Below are positions 21,430 through 31,325 of a stretch of DNA of 64,000 bases, one piece after another. Made by a program: the position numbers and the translations under genes. Each line of letters opens with the position of its first letter. Position 1 is the stretch's first letter. The stretch is from positions 343-64,342 of the forward strand of contig JBJTWN010000237.1 of assembly GCA_046081785.1 (NCBI GenBank), given 5' to 3'. The stretch comes from Cyanobium sp. Its GTDB lineage: Bacteria > Cyanobacteriota > Cyanobacteriia > PCC-6307 > Cyanobiaceae. The notes beneath the pieces are model-generated. The model ran no database searches. It saw nothing but the letters and a program-made list of their open reading frames with translations, and was not told the DNA's origin.

Positions 21430-22566
21430 TCAAAACGGTTCAACTGGAGCAGCCCCGAAGCGACCTGGGCAAAATCTGTTCAACAGTTCTGCCTCCCCGA
21501 CCTCCAGGCGATGGTTCATCAGCATCGCGGTGAGAAAACGGGCTGTAATCGCCGCCAACAAGACGCCATTGCGATGATGGCCGGTTGCCAACCAGAGACC
21601 AGGAATGGCTCCGGCTCCCAGCAAAGGGGAACAGTCTGGCGTGCAAGGACGGAATCCCCACCAACGCTCCATCGGGGGCCACGAGCTGGCCTGAGGCAGC
21701 AAAGAGGCCACTCCATGCTCTAACTCAGCCTGACCGGCAGGGGTGAGACCACCCTGGAAGCCGGCCTCGGCCTCACTGGTGGCTCCCACCACCACGAGCC
21801 CATCTTCCCTCGGCACGAGATAGGTGCCTGGCCCAAACAACACCCGTTGCAGTGCATTTTTAGGGGCCTGGAGGGAAAGCATCTGCCCTTTCACGGGAAA
21901 CACAGGCAAGCGGGGACAAAGCTGTGTTGCCCAAGCCCCGCAGGCCAAAACGGCGCGAGAGCAGCTCAGCGCATGAACCTCCCCATCTGCACGCCGCAAC
22001 CTCACCCCCTCCAGTCGCTGGTCGGGCGAGGATGCGGTGAGCAAACCCTCGACCTGGCTCCCCTCTTCAAACGCCACCCCGCGGTTGACGCAGGCGGCTT
22101 CCAGGGCGCGCATCAAGCAACGACGGTTGTCGATCTGACCGTCTTGGCGAAACAACAGGCCTGCATGCCAGCTCGGACCAATACCTGGAACCTCGCGCTC
22201 CAGGTCTCTGCGCTGCAGCACATCCCCAAAGGGGGCTGTCGGGAAGGCATCGCGTTCCTCCGAGGTGAAGAAAGGCACCACAATGCCGCTGGTGCGCAGT
22301 CCGCAGGGAAGCCCACCATCGGCTTCAATCCGCGCCACCCAGCGGGGAATGAGGGCCAGACTGGCCTGGCCCAGTGCCAGCAGGGCACCGGTTAAGCCTT
22401 CCGCATGGGGAGCCAGCATTCCCGCGGCCACAAAACCAGCGGCTTCACTGCGGCGCCTGCTAAGCACCAACACTGCTTCCCCTTCCACGGCCAACGCGTG
22501 GGCAATCGAGAGTCCCATGAGGCCCCCTCCGAGGATCAGCACCGGATCGGGGAGGCGAGGCACCAT
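21430..22566 (-). CDS. thiO: glycine oxidase
   Basis: GGGLMG, AAGMLAP, PVKGQM, YLVPR, GHHRNGVLLA. Confidence 0.9.
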   Translation of the reverse strand: MVPRLPDPVLILGGGLMGLSIAHALAVEGEAVLVLSRRRSEAAGFVAAGMLAPHAEGLTGALLALGQASLALIPRWVARIEADGGLPCGLRTSGIVVPFFTSEERDAFPTAPFGDVLQRRDLEREVPGIGPSWHAGLLFRQDGQIDNRRCLMRALEAACVNRGVAFEEGSQVEGLLTASSPDQRLEGVRLRRADGEVHALSCSRAVLACGAWATQLCPRLPVFPVKGQMLSLQAPKNALQRVLFGPGTYLVPREDGLVVVGATSEAEAGFQGGLTPAGQAELEHGVASLLPQASSWPPMERWWGFRPCTPDCSPLLGAGAIPGLWLATGHHRNGVLLAAITARFLTAMLMNHRLEVGEAELLNRFCPGRFGAAPVEPF

Positions 22567-22679
22567 GGGAGGGAAGGAGCTGATCCCAGTGTCGCCAGAG
22601 CCGGGGCAAGTGAGAGTTCACCGGCTCTCCGTATGATCCCTTCAGCCTCTGGCGGCACGGCCGCCTCACAGCGCCCTCC

Positions 22680-24191
22680 ATGGCCAGCACCGCCACTACT
22701 ACCGCTCCATCCCCTGATAGACCCGCTGCCTCCGACTGGGAGGCTGTGATTGGATTAGAGATCCATGTCCAGCTAGGCACCGCCAGCAAAATCTTCAGCC
22801 CCGCGGCAGCCTGCTTCGGGGACGAACCCAACACCCACATTGACCCGCTGGTGTGTGGGCTGCCCGGCACTCTGCCTGTGCTAAACAACAAAGTCTTGGA
22901 ATATGCCGTCAAGGCTGCCTTGGCTCTGAACATGAAGATTGCTGAGCACAGTAAATTTGACCGTAAGCAATATTTTTACCCAGATCTTCCTAAAAACTAC
23001 CAGATCTCGCAATACGATGAACCCATCGGCGAAGATGGTTGGATCGAGGTCGAAGTAGCAGAAAAAGGCAAAGATACTTATCTGAAAACCATTGGCATTG
23101 AGCGCCTGCACATGGAGGAGGATGCCGGCAAGTTGGTTCATGCCGGCAGTGACAGACTCGCCGGCAGCAGTCACTCGTTGGTGGATTACAACAGGGCTGG
23201 TGTAGCCCTGGCAGAAATCGTCAGCAAACCAGATTTGCGAACCGGGCGAGAAGCAGCGGAATATGCGGCGGAGGTTAGGCGAATCATGCGCTACTTAGGG
23301 GTCAGTGATGGCAACATGCAAGAGGGTTCATTGCGCTGCGACGTGAATATCTCAGTGCGGCAGGGCCCAGCGGAGCCCTTTGGAGTGAAGGTGGAGATCA
23401 AAAACATGAACTCTTTCTCCGCCATCCAAAAAGCATGCGACTACGAGATTCAGCGTCAGATCAAAGCCATTGAATCAGGGGAAAAGATCCATCAGGAAAC
23501 GCGCCTTTGGGATGAGAGCAAACAGCTCACCAAAACAATGCGCAGCAAGGAGGGAAGCAGCGACTATCGCTATTTTCCGGAGCCTGATTTAGGTCCTATT
23601 GAAGTGAGCCAGAAGCAGCAGGAGGTTTGGCGACTGGAACTTCCTGAACTTCCCGCCGCCAAACGCCATCGCTACGCCGAGGCTTTTTCACTCTCCGCCT
23701 ATGACGCTCGGGTCCTCACTGATGAGCGGCCCATGTCCGAGTATTTCGAGGCGAGCGTGGCTGCAGGTGCTGATCCGAAACTTGCCGCCAATTGGATCAC
23801 CGGCGATATCGCCGCCCATGTGAACGCCCAGCGACTCTCTTACAAGGATCTGCCGCTGCGGCCCGTGCATTTGGCTGAATTGGTGGGATTGATCAGCGAT
23901 GGCACGATCAGCGGCAAAATCGCCAAGGAAATTCTTCCGGAGCTGCTGGCCACAGGAGGCTCGGCAAAAAGCTTGGTGACAGCCAAAGGCCTGGGGATGA
24001 TCAGTGATCCTGCAGCCATCGCTGCCATCGTGGAGGAGCTGCTGGCGGCCCATCCTGCAGAGGTGGAGGCTTTCCGCGGGGGCAAAACAAAATTGCAAGG
24101 CTTCTTCGTTGGTCAGCTCATGAAGCGCACGGGAGGGCGGGCCGATCCGCAACTGGCCAACCGACTGCTAATGGAGAGGCTGCAGGGATGA
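22680..24191 (+). CDS. gatB: Asp/Glu-tRNA amidotransferase subunit B
   Basis: VIGLEIHVQL, FDRKQYFYPDLPKNYQISQ, LRCDVNIS, DYRYFPEPD. Confidence 0.97.
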   Translation: MASTATTTAPSPDRPAASDWEAVIGLEIHVQLGTASKIFSPAAACFGDEPNTHIDPLVCGLPGTLPVLNNKVLEYAVKAALALNMKIAEHSKFDRKQYFYPDLPKNYQISQYDEPIGEDGWIEVEVAEKGKDTYLKTIGIERLHMEEDAGKLVHAGSDRLAGSSHSLVDYNRAGVALAEIVSKPDLRTGREAAEYAAEVRRIMRYLGVSDGNMQEGSLRCDVNISVRQGPAEPFGVKVEIKNMNSFSAIQKACDYEIQRQIKAIESGEKIHQETRLWDESKQLTKTMRSKEGSSDYRYFPEPDLGPIEVSQKQQEVWRLELPELPAAKRHRYAEAFSLSAYDARVLTDERPMSEYFEASVAAGADPKLAANWITGDIAAHVNAQRLSYKDLPLRPVHLAELVGLISDGTISGKIAKEILPELLATGGSAKSLVTAKGLGMISDPAAIAAIVEELLAAHPAEVEAFRGGKTKLQGFFVGQLMKRTGGRADPQLANRLLMERLQG

Positions 24192-24403
24192 GCAACACCC
24201 CGCCGGCTAGTGGATCCGTCCTGGCAGCTTTAGAAGGTGAGCTGCGCCGGGGAAGTCTGAGTCAGGAATCGTTGCGTGCCTATCTGGATCGTGAGCTTCC
24301 CGTGCAGGTGCGCATCGAGCTGGAGTGGATGCTTTACGCCATCCGGCAATTGGAAGAGCACAGGGAAAGGTTGGTGAAACGGCTGAGCGACCGCCATCGC
24401 TAA
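24188..24403 (+). CDS. small hypothetical helical protein
   Basis: 71-aa ORF overlapping the gatB stop (ATGA) and filling the gap to coaE. Confidence 0.55.
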   Translation: MSNTPPASGSVLAALEGELRRGSLSQESLRAYLDRELPVQVRIELEWMLYAIRQLEEHRERLVKRLSDRHR

Positions 24404-25026
24404 ACGTTCCGCGGAGGCGGGTTGGCAAGCGCCCTATCCACCTGGGCCAGCAACGCGTCTTGAGAGCCTCGGTTGCTGAGCACTACGTCGGCATGAGCCA
24501 GCTTGGCTGCCATTGGCCACTGGGCGATCAGACGCGCCAGGGCCTCCTCCCTGTCTATTCCATCCCGCTTTTGGAGGCGGTGCATCTGCTCGTCTTCGCT
24601 GCCACATTCCACCACCCAGACTTCACTGCAGAGGGACTGCAAGCCTGCCTCTAAGAGCAGGGGAATCATCAGCACCACCACGGCTTCACCTTCTAGAGCC
24701 TCCAGGGCAGCGGTGAAGCGCTGACGCACGATCGGATGCACCAACTGCTCCAACCAGCGGCGTTCCGCCTCGTCGGCAAACACGATGCGAGCCAAAGCAG
24801 GGCGATCCAGGGTCAGCGCTTCGTTGGCTGGATCACGGGAGCGCACCGCATCGCCGTAGCGACCCACGACGGCAAGAGTGGCAGGCGCACCAGGTGCCAG
24901 GGCCTCCCGTGCAAAGAGATCGGCATCCAGCACAGGAATTCCATAGCGATCAGCAAGAAGTCGAGCCACCGTTGTTTTGCCTGTGGCAATGCCGCCCGTG
25001 AGGCCAATTCGGCGAACCTGAATCAT
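24400..25026 (-). CDS. coaE: dephospho-CoA kinase
   Basis: IGLTGGIATGKT, LDAD, HPIV, IPLLLE. Confidence 0.95.
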   Translation of the reverse strand: MIQVRRIGLTGGIATGKTTVARLLADRYGIPVLDADLFAREALAPGAPATLAVVGRYGDAVRSRDPANEALTLDRPALARIVFADEAERRWLEQLVHPIVRQRFTAALEALEGEAVVVLMIPLLLEAGLQSLCSEVWVVECGSEDEQMHRLQKRDGIDREEALARLIAQWPMAAKLAHADVVLSNRGSQDALLAQVDRALANPPPRNV

Positions 25027-25404
25027 GCCTCGACGCTGCAAAAGCCTGGACAATCAGCCTAGTAGCCCGTCCAGGCAAAGAACGCCTGCAGTTGCGAATC
25101 AATTGCAAGACGGAGCAACCAGCGGAACTCAAATGGCAAATGAGTGTCATTTGCATTTAGTTCCAACCCATTCTATCCCACTTCAGCTGCCAAGCATTCA
25201 CGCCGAGAAAAGATCAAGAAGAGTCAAGAAGTGATTGCCCCACCAAGCTGCGTAGGCAAATGCAGTAGGGTTGATTTATGCAAGAGAGATACAGCAAAAG
25301 CACCATCCCTCCAATTGCAGTTTCCTCGGAGGCGAATTCTTCAGCAGGATGGTCTGTCAATTTGCTGCATCACTGCCCGTTGTTCTCTTTCACGTTCTCC
25401 AGCC

Positions 25405-28299
25405 ATGGTCAACACTCTCCGTTCCTACTCCGCCTACTGGGGGCAACCCTCAGGCAATTCAGGCTCGGGCCTTGATCAGGTCATTGGCTGGATTGCTAGA
25501 GATCCAGGCCTGGCTGGCAATACAGAAGCCTCTGCCTTGGCAGAGGGGATTCAAGCCGCCAATGGCCTGAACCAACTCATCATTACAGGCCTTAATGCCA
25601 TCGGCAGCATAAATGATGTTGTGCTGGATTCCGATGATGTCCGTCGTCTAAGTGAATGGCTACGGAGTGATGCGAGCCGGAAAGTCAGTTTTGAGATACT
25701 GCATGGTGATGATGAGGGTGGGGTGGCCACAGGTTTTCACACCATTCAAAATGACGGCGCCAATCAAAAGTTTCGCGGGCTCAATCTGGTCGACACGGTC
25801 CTCGATGGCATCTATCACTTTGGATTTGAGATTAATGCTAACAATCAGTTTGTCAATGAAGATGGCGCTGCCAATGCAGCCCTCGTTGATGTCGCCAACT
25901 GGCTCACCGCCCTAAAAACGGATTACGCCACAACCAACACCAATCTGGATCGCACCACAGAGCTCATCATTAGCGACAAGGGCTTGGCCTCCAACATCAA
26001 TTGGGCCGATATTGCCGCTGGAGCAACAGCGGCTAATAACCTAAACACATTGATTCTCCAGGGAATCGGCGCCCTCAATGCCTCAGGACAAGCCGACAGT
26101 GACAACACCCGCCTTAGCAGCAGCGAGGTGCGCTGGATCAACCAGTGGATTAGGGCTGATCAAACGCGAACAAACACATTTCTTACGAACCACGGTGATG
26201 ACGAAAACGGTTCGGAAACAGGCTTTCATCTTGTGCAGAATGATGGGGCTAGCACTGTGTTTTTTGGCAAAAATCTGGTCAATACAGTTCTCGATGGCAT
26301 CTATCATCTCGGTTTTAGCATCACCAGCGACGATCGCTTTCAAAATGAAGATGGCGATGCCAACGCCAAAGTGAGCGATGTTGCCGATTGGCTCACTTAT
26401 TTTTATGGTGATCAATCCACCACCGGCACAGGACTCGATCGAATTGTTGACACTATCAAACTAGATCATGGCTTGAGCCGCAACACTTCGGCCGCAGACA
26501 TCAACGGTGGAGCCGAAGCCGCCAACAAGCTCAACCTACTCATCCTTCGCGCTCTTGATGCCACTGGAGTCTATGGCGATCAATGGCTCACCCGCTCTGA
26601 CCTGCGCAAAGTTAATCAATGGATTAATACCTATGAGTATCCTCTTTTCGTGCAACTGCATGGCGATGATGAGAATGGAGAGGAAACAGGCTTTCATCTC
26701 GTTCAAAATGATGGAGCAGAAACCCAATACTTTGGCAAGAATCTTGTCAACACTGTAGCGGATGGTATCTACCATATTGGCTTCCAAATTGATGCAGAGA
26801 ATTTTGAGAATGAAGATGGTGACGCCAATGCCTCCCTCAGTGATGTCTCCGCTTGGCTGAACTACTTTCTTGGCAATCGTCGCGTCACCTTTGGGACAGG
26901 AGGTTCCGATAGTTTCGTCGGCAACCAGGAAAGTGAGCAAATTCTTGCCAATGGAGGCAACGACGCGATCGATGGAGCAGCAGGCAATGATTTGCTCGAC
27001 GGAAGCTGGGGTAACGACACACTCCTTGGAGGAACTGGAGAAGACATCCTGGATGGAGCATTTGACAATGATCTGCTGGATGGCGGTCAAGATTCAGACA
27101 CCTATCTCGTCTCAGGAACAAAGAACGGCGGCTGGAGCAGCTTCAATGGCTTTGACATCTATGCTGATAGCGGCACCTCCGGAACAGACCGCATCTTGGC
27201 GGAGGGAGTCGGACCTGTTGATATCGGTGTGAGTTCCTTCTTGGCTGTCAATGGGATTGAGGAAATTGTGAATGGCACCACCCGAATGGATGGCGCCCCA
27301 GGCACAGCCGAAGTGACGCTCCTCGGCGACTGGCAAGCCAACTGCCTTGATTTCTCCACCGTCTCCTTCCTTGGCTCCAACTTCCTCATCGATGGCGGCG
27401 ATGGCAACGACACCATCAAAGGTTCTGTTCTTGCTGATCGCATCAGAGGAGGACGCGATTCTGATCTCCTCGATGGCAAGGCTGGCTCCGACACCTATGA
27501 AGTCTCCGGCAACGGGCCCGATTGGGTCAGCGGTGTCCCCTACACCTTCCAGGGCTACGACACCTATCAAGACACCGGCTCCACCTCCGACACTGATTCG
27601 ATCCTCGCCACTGGATCCTCTCCTGTTGATATCGGGCTGACGGGCTTCTCCTCCTCCTCTGGCATTGAGCAGATCATCAATGCCACCACCGGTTCCCTCC
27701 TGGTTCGCCTCCTCGGCGACTGGAAGGCCAACTGCCTTGATTTCTCCACCGTCTCCTTCCTTGGCTCCAACTTCCTCATCGATGGCGGCGATGGCAACGA
27801 CACCATCAAAGGTTCTGTTCTTGCTGATCGCATCAAAGGTGGCCGTGATGCGGATCTCCTTGATGGCAAAGGCGGCTCCGACACCATCACCGGAGGTTTG
27901 AATATGGATCAACTCAGCGGCGGCGATGGCGCTGACACTTTCACCTACACCAACTTGCAAGATGGGCTCTGGACTGGAGGCTCCACATTTGAACGTGTCA
28001 GCGACTTTGTGATCGGGAGTGACAGGTTTGACCTGAATGTGTTGCCAACAACCATCCAAACGCTTGGTTCAGCTTCTGCCCTCTCCTGCAACGCAATCGG
28101 CTCCCTGCTGAATAGCACGGTCTTCGTGGCGAGCGGGGTGGCCACCTTCAGCTACACCGGCAGCGGAGGAACCCGCACCTTCATCGCCTTCAACGACGCT
28201 ACTGCAGGGTTTAACCAGAGCACGGATGCCTTGGTAGAAATCACCGGCTACAGCTATGCTCAGGGTTCATCCTCACTCAGCCAGATCACGCTGGTTTAA
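25405..28299 (+). CDS. RTX Ca-binding secreted protein: three N-terminal ~155-aa repeats, GGxGxD nonapeptides, bluetail-type C-terminus
   Basis: Repeats HGDDExGxxTGFHxxQNDGA...DGIYHxGF...NEDG; many GGxGND; C-terminal RTFIAFNDATAGF..STDALVEITG. Confidence 0.85.
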   Translation: MVNTLRSYSAYWGQPSGNSGSGLDQVIGWIARDPGLAGNTEASALAEGIQAANGLNQLIITGLNAIGSINDVVLDSDDVRRLSEWLRSDASRKVSFEILHGDDEGGVATGFHTIQNDGANQKFRGLNLVDTVLDGIYHFGFEINANNQFVNEDGAANAALVDVANWLTALKTDYATTNTNLDRTTELIISDKGLASNINWADIAAGATAANNLNTLILQGIGALNASGQADSDNTRLSSSEVRWINQWIRADQTRTNTFLTNHGDDENGSETGFHLVQNDGASTVFFGKNLVNTVLDGIYHLGFSITSDDRFQNEDGDANAKVSDVADWLTYFYGDQSTTGTGLDRIVDTIKLDHGLSRNTSAADINGGAEAANKLNLLILRALDATGVYGDQWLTRSDLRKVNQWINTYEYPLFVQLHGDDENGEETGFHLVQNDGAETQYFGKNLVNTVADGIYHIGFQIDAENFENEDGDANASLSDVSAWLNYFLGNRRVTFGTGGSDSFVGNQESEQILANGGNDAIDGAAGNDLLDGSWGNDTLLGGTGEDILDGAFDNDLLDGGQDSDTYLVSGTKNGGWSSFNGFDIYADSGTSGTDRILAEGVGPVDIGVSSFLAVNGIEEIVNGTTRMDGAPGTAEVTLLGDWQANCLDFSTVSFLGSNFLIDGGDGNDTIKGSVLADRIRGGRDSDLLDGKAGSDTYEVSGNGPDWVSGVPYTFQGYDTYQDTGSTSDTDSILATGSSPVDIGLTGFSSSSGIEQIINATTGSLLVRLLGDWKANCLDFSTVSFLGSNFLIDGGDGNDTIKGSVLADRIKGGRDADLLDGKGGSDTITGGLNMDQLSGGDGADTFTYTNLQDGLWTGGSTFERVSDFVIGSDRFDLNVLPTTIQTLGSASALSCNAIGSLLNSTVFVASGVATFSYTGSGGTRTFIAFNDATAGFNQSTDALVEITGYSYAQGSSSLSQITLV
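27320..27839 (+). repeat. Near-identical intragenic direct repeat (~130 bp, 390-bp period)
   Basis: ctcctcggcgactgg..actgccttgatttctccacc...gctgatcgcatca at ~27320-27449 and ~27710-27839. Confidence 0.9.
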
Positions 28300-28304
28300 G
28301 GCTG

Positions 28305-28343
28305 TGCAAAAGGAGTGCAACAATAAACTGCGCTCCTTTTGCA
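28305..28343. terminator. Stem-loop after RTX gene
   Basis: TGCAAAAGGAGTGCA-N9-TGCGCTCCTTTTGCA, 15-bp stem with one G-U pair. Confidence 0.65.
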
Positions 28344-28347
28344 GCAA

Positions 28348-28997
28348 ATGAGCCTGATGGATGATGCCAGCCTGCTTGAAGCCTTGAAATGGCGCTATGC
28401 CGTGAAAGTATTCGCGGCAGATCGCTCCTCCCAGCCGACACCTGGGTAGCCCTTGAAGAGATTTTGCGGCTCTCCCCCTCCTCTTACGGGCTTCAGCCCT
28501 GGAAATTTTTGGTCATTACGGACCGTGCGCTTCGAGCAGATCTGCGGCCCTTCTCCTGGAACCAGTCTCAGATCACGGATTGCTCTCATTTGGTGGTGTT
28601 CCTGCGCCAGCGCACAGTGAGCGAGGAAGATCTGCAGCGCCTTTTGGCCCACACCGCCGAGGTGCGGGGAGTTACGACGGAGAGTCTCTCAGGCTACGCA
28701 GAATTGATGCGAAAAGATCTCGTTGAGGGGCCTCGCAGCCAGTTGATCTCCAGCTGGAGCGCCAATCAGGCCTATCTTGCCCTCGGCAACCTGCTCACCA
28801 GTGCGGCCCTGCTCAGAGTGGACACCTCCCCGATCGAAGGCTTCAACCCTCAGGAGTATGATCGGATCCTTGGCCTAGAGAACACGCCCTACCAATCCAC
28901 AGTCGTCTGCGCCTGTGGCTACCGAAGTGCCAACGATCGTTACGCCGATCTGGCCAAAGTACGCTATCCCGCAACCAAGGTGATCGAGCACCGCTAG
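28348..28997 (+). pseudogene. NfsB-like nitroreductase with 1-nt frameshift near 28425
   Basis: The frame from 28348 reads MSLMDDASLLEALKWRYAVKVF then stops; the other frame continues LSPSSYGLQPWKF...PIEGF...GYR. Confidence 0.75.
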
Positions 28998-29027
28998 ATC
29001 TGTGAGGTGAATCTCAGTAGAGGACAA

Positions 29028-29933
29028 ATGGAAAAATCAGAAATCATTCACAGAGCACGAGGGTTTTGCGCACCCTTTCGCATCAACACTGGCGCAAATT
29101 TTCGGCTGAAGGACGTCAATCCCGCCGACACCCTCCAGCTGGACCCCACAAACAAGCAGGCCGCTGAAGACGTGCTCAAGGAAGGGGTGGAGATCCTTTC
29201 CGAGCTTCAAGACAAGCTCTACGCTCAAGACCGCTGGGCCGTGCTGCTGCTCTTTCAGGCCATGGATGCCGCCGGCAAGGACAGCACCATCAAGCACGTC
29301 ATGAGCGGCGTGAATCCCCAGGGCTGTCAGGTCAGCTCCTTCAAGACTCCCAGTGCAGAAGAACTGGATCACGACTATCTCTGGCGTTATCAGCGTCACC
29401 TGCCAGAGAGGGGACGCATCGGCATTTTCAACCGCAGTTACTACGAAGAAACCCTTGTGGTGCGGGTGCATCCAGAGCTGCTTGCTCGTCAGAGCCTGCC
29501 CCCCAAGCTGGTGGGCCCGCAGATCTGGCGGGAGCGCTTTGATGACATACGTCAATTCGAGACATATCTCGGCCGCAATGGCATTGTGGTGCGCAAATTT
29601 TTCCTTCATGTCTCCCGCCAGGAACAGAAGAAGCGTTTTCTCAAGCGACTGGATGAGGCCGAAAAACACTGGAAATTCTCTGCGGCAGATGTGCGCGAGC
29701 GTGGTCACTGGGATGCTTACATGAAAGCCTATGAAGAAATGATTCAGCACACGGCAAGTGAGCCGGCGCCCTGGTATGTCGTTCCGGCTGACCACAAATG
29801 GTTCACCCGCCTGGTGGTGGCAGCTGCTGTGATTGACACGTTGCTCTCCCTCGATCTCCATTACCCCAAGCTGAGCGCAGCAGCCAGCCAAGAACTCGAA
29901 GCCGTTAGGCGAGAGCTGGAAGCAGAGGAGTGA
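29028..29933 (+). CDS. ppk2: polyphosphate kinase 2 family (class III-like)
   Basis: QAMDAAGKDSTI, FNRSYYE, WKFSAADVRER, WYVVPADHKW; AGGA before ATG. Confidence 0.9.
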   Translation: MEKSEIIHRARGFCAPFRINTGANFRLKDVNPADTLQLDPTNKQAAEDVLKEGVEILSELQDKLYAQDRWAVLLLFQAMDAAGKDSTIKHVMSGVNPQGCQVSSFKTPSAEELDHDYLWRYQRHLPERGRIGIFNRSYYEETLVVRVHPELLARQSLPPKLVGPQIWRERFDDIRQFETYLGRNGIVVRKFFLHVSRQEQKKRFLKRLDEAEKHWKFSAADVRERGHWDAYMKAYEEMIQHTASEPAPWYVVPADHKWFTRLVVAAAVIDTLLSLDLHYPKLSAAASQELEAVRRELEAEE

Positions 29934-30227
29934 GATGGATTGTGGTTTTTTGCCTGCCGTTGGGCCAAACCAGCTAGGCGGGGGTAGGGTGATTCAATGG
30001 AGTTCGCCCAATCGCACTCACCTGGTGAGAGCGACGGAAAAACCATATTCTTGTTGCCATTTTCAACCATGACACGTCGCCATCTCCCACTGTGGCATCT
30101 ACTGCGCACCAAGGATTCTGAGGTAGCTCCCTCGCCGGGCCAGCCCAATGAAGTCAAGTACTTCATCCCTTGTCGACTCCAGGCTCCCAGCTGGGAAGAT
30201 CTGCTTGGTCAACGCTAGTGATCTGAT

Positions 30228-31295
30228 TCAGCAGCAACTTGCGCCGACCTCACCCTGCAACACGGAGGGTCTTCCCTCCGCCCCACTGATCAGGGGCTGC
30301 GCTTGGCCACAGTTAGCAAACAAGCCACGATGGGTGCTTCCGTGACCAAACCACTCAAAATGTGGGGCCAGACGCGTCTGACTCAACATCAAAAACGTGT
30401 TGCGACAGACAGGCACCAGCTGCCCGGTTGGGAAGACATGTTGATGATCCAGCAGAAAACGCAGCGGATGGTCAGGGATGGTGCCGCCGTATGCCACAGC
30501 CTGACCGTAGTCTTCGCACGACTCCTCGAGCCCATCAAGATGGAAGAGGCGGTAGATCGCCGAGAAGAAACGGGCCTCTCCGACAAGATCCGACAACTTT
30601 GCATCCGTGATCTCTAGTGGCCGATCACTCACCAGCCGGGGGTCTGAAAAGCCTGAGGCACGAGCCAGCTTCAGGAAATCATTCCAGTAGAGAGCTCCTC
30701 CGAGACATTCGCCATAGAGCACGGGATGGTGACGGGCCTGATCACTGAGGCGTCGGTCGGCATAGACATCAGAAAAATACAGTTCTCCACCAGGCTTCAG
30801 CAGCCGCTTCACTCCCCGCAATACCGCGGCTTTATCGGTTGACAGGTTGAGGACACAGTTGCTCACCACCACATCCACACTGGCCTCCGACAGAGACAAA
30901 ACCGACAAGTCTTCAATCTGTCCTTCGAGGAAAGTCACATTGTTGGCGCCACAGGCGGTTGCATGGAACGCCTGATGGGCCCGTGCTACAGCAAGTTGCT
31001 CGGGAGTCATGTCGACCCCGTAAACCCAACCATCAGGACCAACAAGCTGGGAAAGAAGGTAGACATCGCGACCGGCTCCACATCCCAGATCGAGAACGGT
31101 GCAACCCTCGAGAAGCGGGGGTACCACCAAGCCACATCCGTAGTAGCGAGCAGTCACGTCTGGATGCAGCTTGGCCAGCAGGGGCTTCAACCAATCCGGC
31201 ATGGTGTCCGCGTCACAGCAAGCGGTGGTCTTAAGGTCGGCGGAGCTGGTGAGCTCCTTGCCGTAGTAAGCACGAACGAGATCAGGTGTGGGCAT
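30228..31295 (-). CDS. arsM: arsenite S-adenosylmethyltransferase-like
   Basis: YYG..L..SADLKTTACC, YYGCG, LDLGCGAGRD, SNCVLNL, LYGECLGGALYW, VC.NT, C-terminal SCC. Confidence 0.8.
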   Translation of the reverse strand: MPTPDLVRAYYGKELTSSADLKTTACCDADTMPDWLKPLLAKLHPDVTARYYGCGLVVPPLLEGCTVLDLGCGAGRDVYLLSQLVGPDGWVYGVDMTPEQLAVARAHQAFHATACGANNVTFLEGQIEDLSVLSLSEASVDVVVSNCVLNLSTDKAAVLRGVKRLLKPGGELYFSDVYADRRLSDQARHHPVLYGECLGGALYWNDFLKLARASGFSDPRLVSDRPLEITDAKLSDLVGEARFFSAIYRLFHLDGLEESCEDYGQAVAYGGTIPDHPLRFLLDHQHVFPTGQLVPVCRNTFLMLSQTRLAPHFEWFGHGSTHRGLFANCGQAQPLISGAEGRPSVLQGEVGASCC

Positions 31296-31325
31296 GGTGT
31301 GAGCGAAGAGCCCTGTAGCTCCAAC

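Noticed and set aside
25144-25404. 87-aa N-terminal extension of the RTX ORF
   Set aside because: Atypical composition from a TTG start; ATG 25405 is more plausible
27320-27839. Direct repeats as a CRISPR array or element ends
   Set aside because: Only two long in-frame copies inside a CDS; no spacer pattern and no cas genes
29997-30218. 73-aa ORF between ppk2 and arsM
   Set aside because: No recognisable motif or clear start signal; cannot be supported
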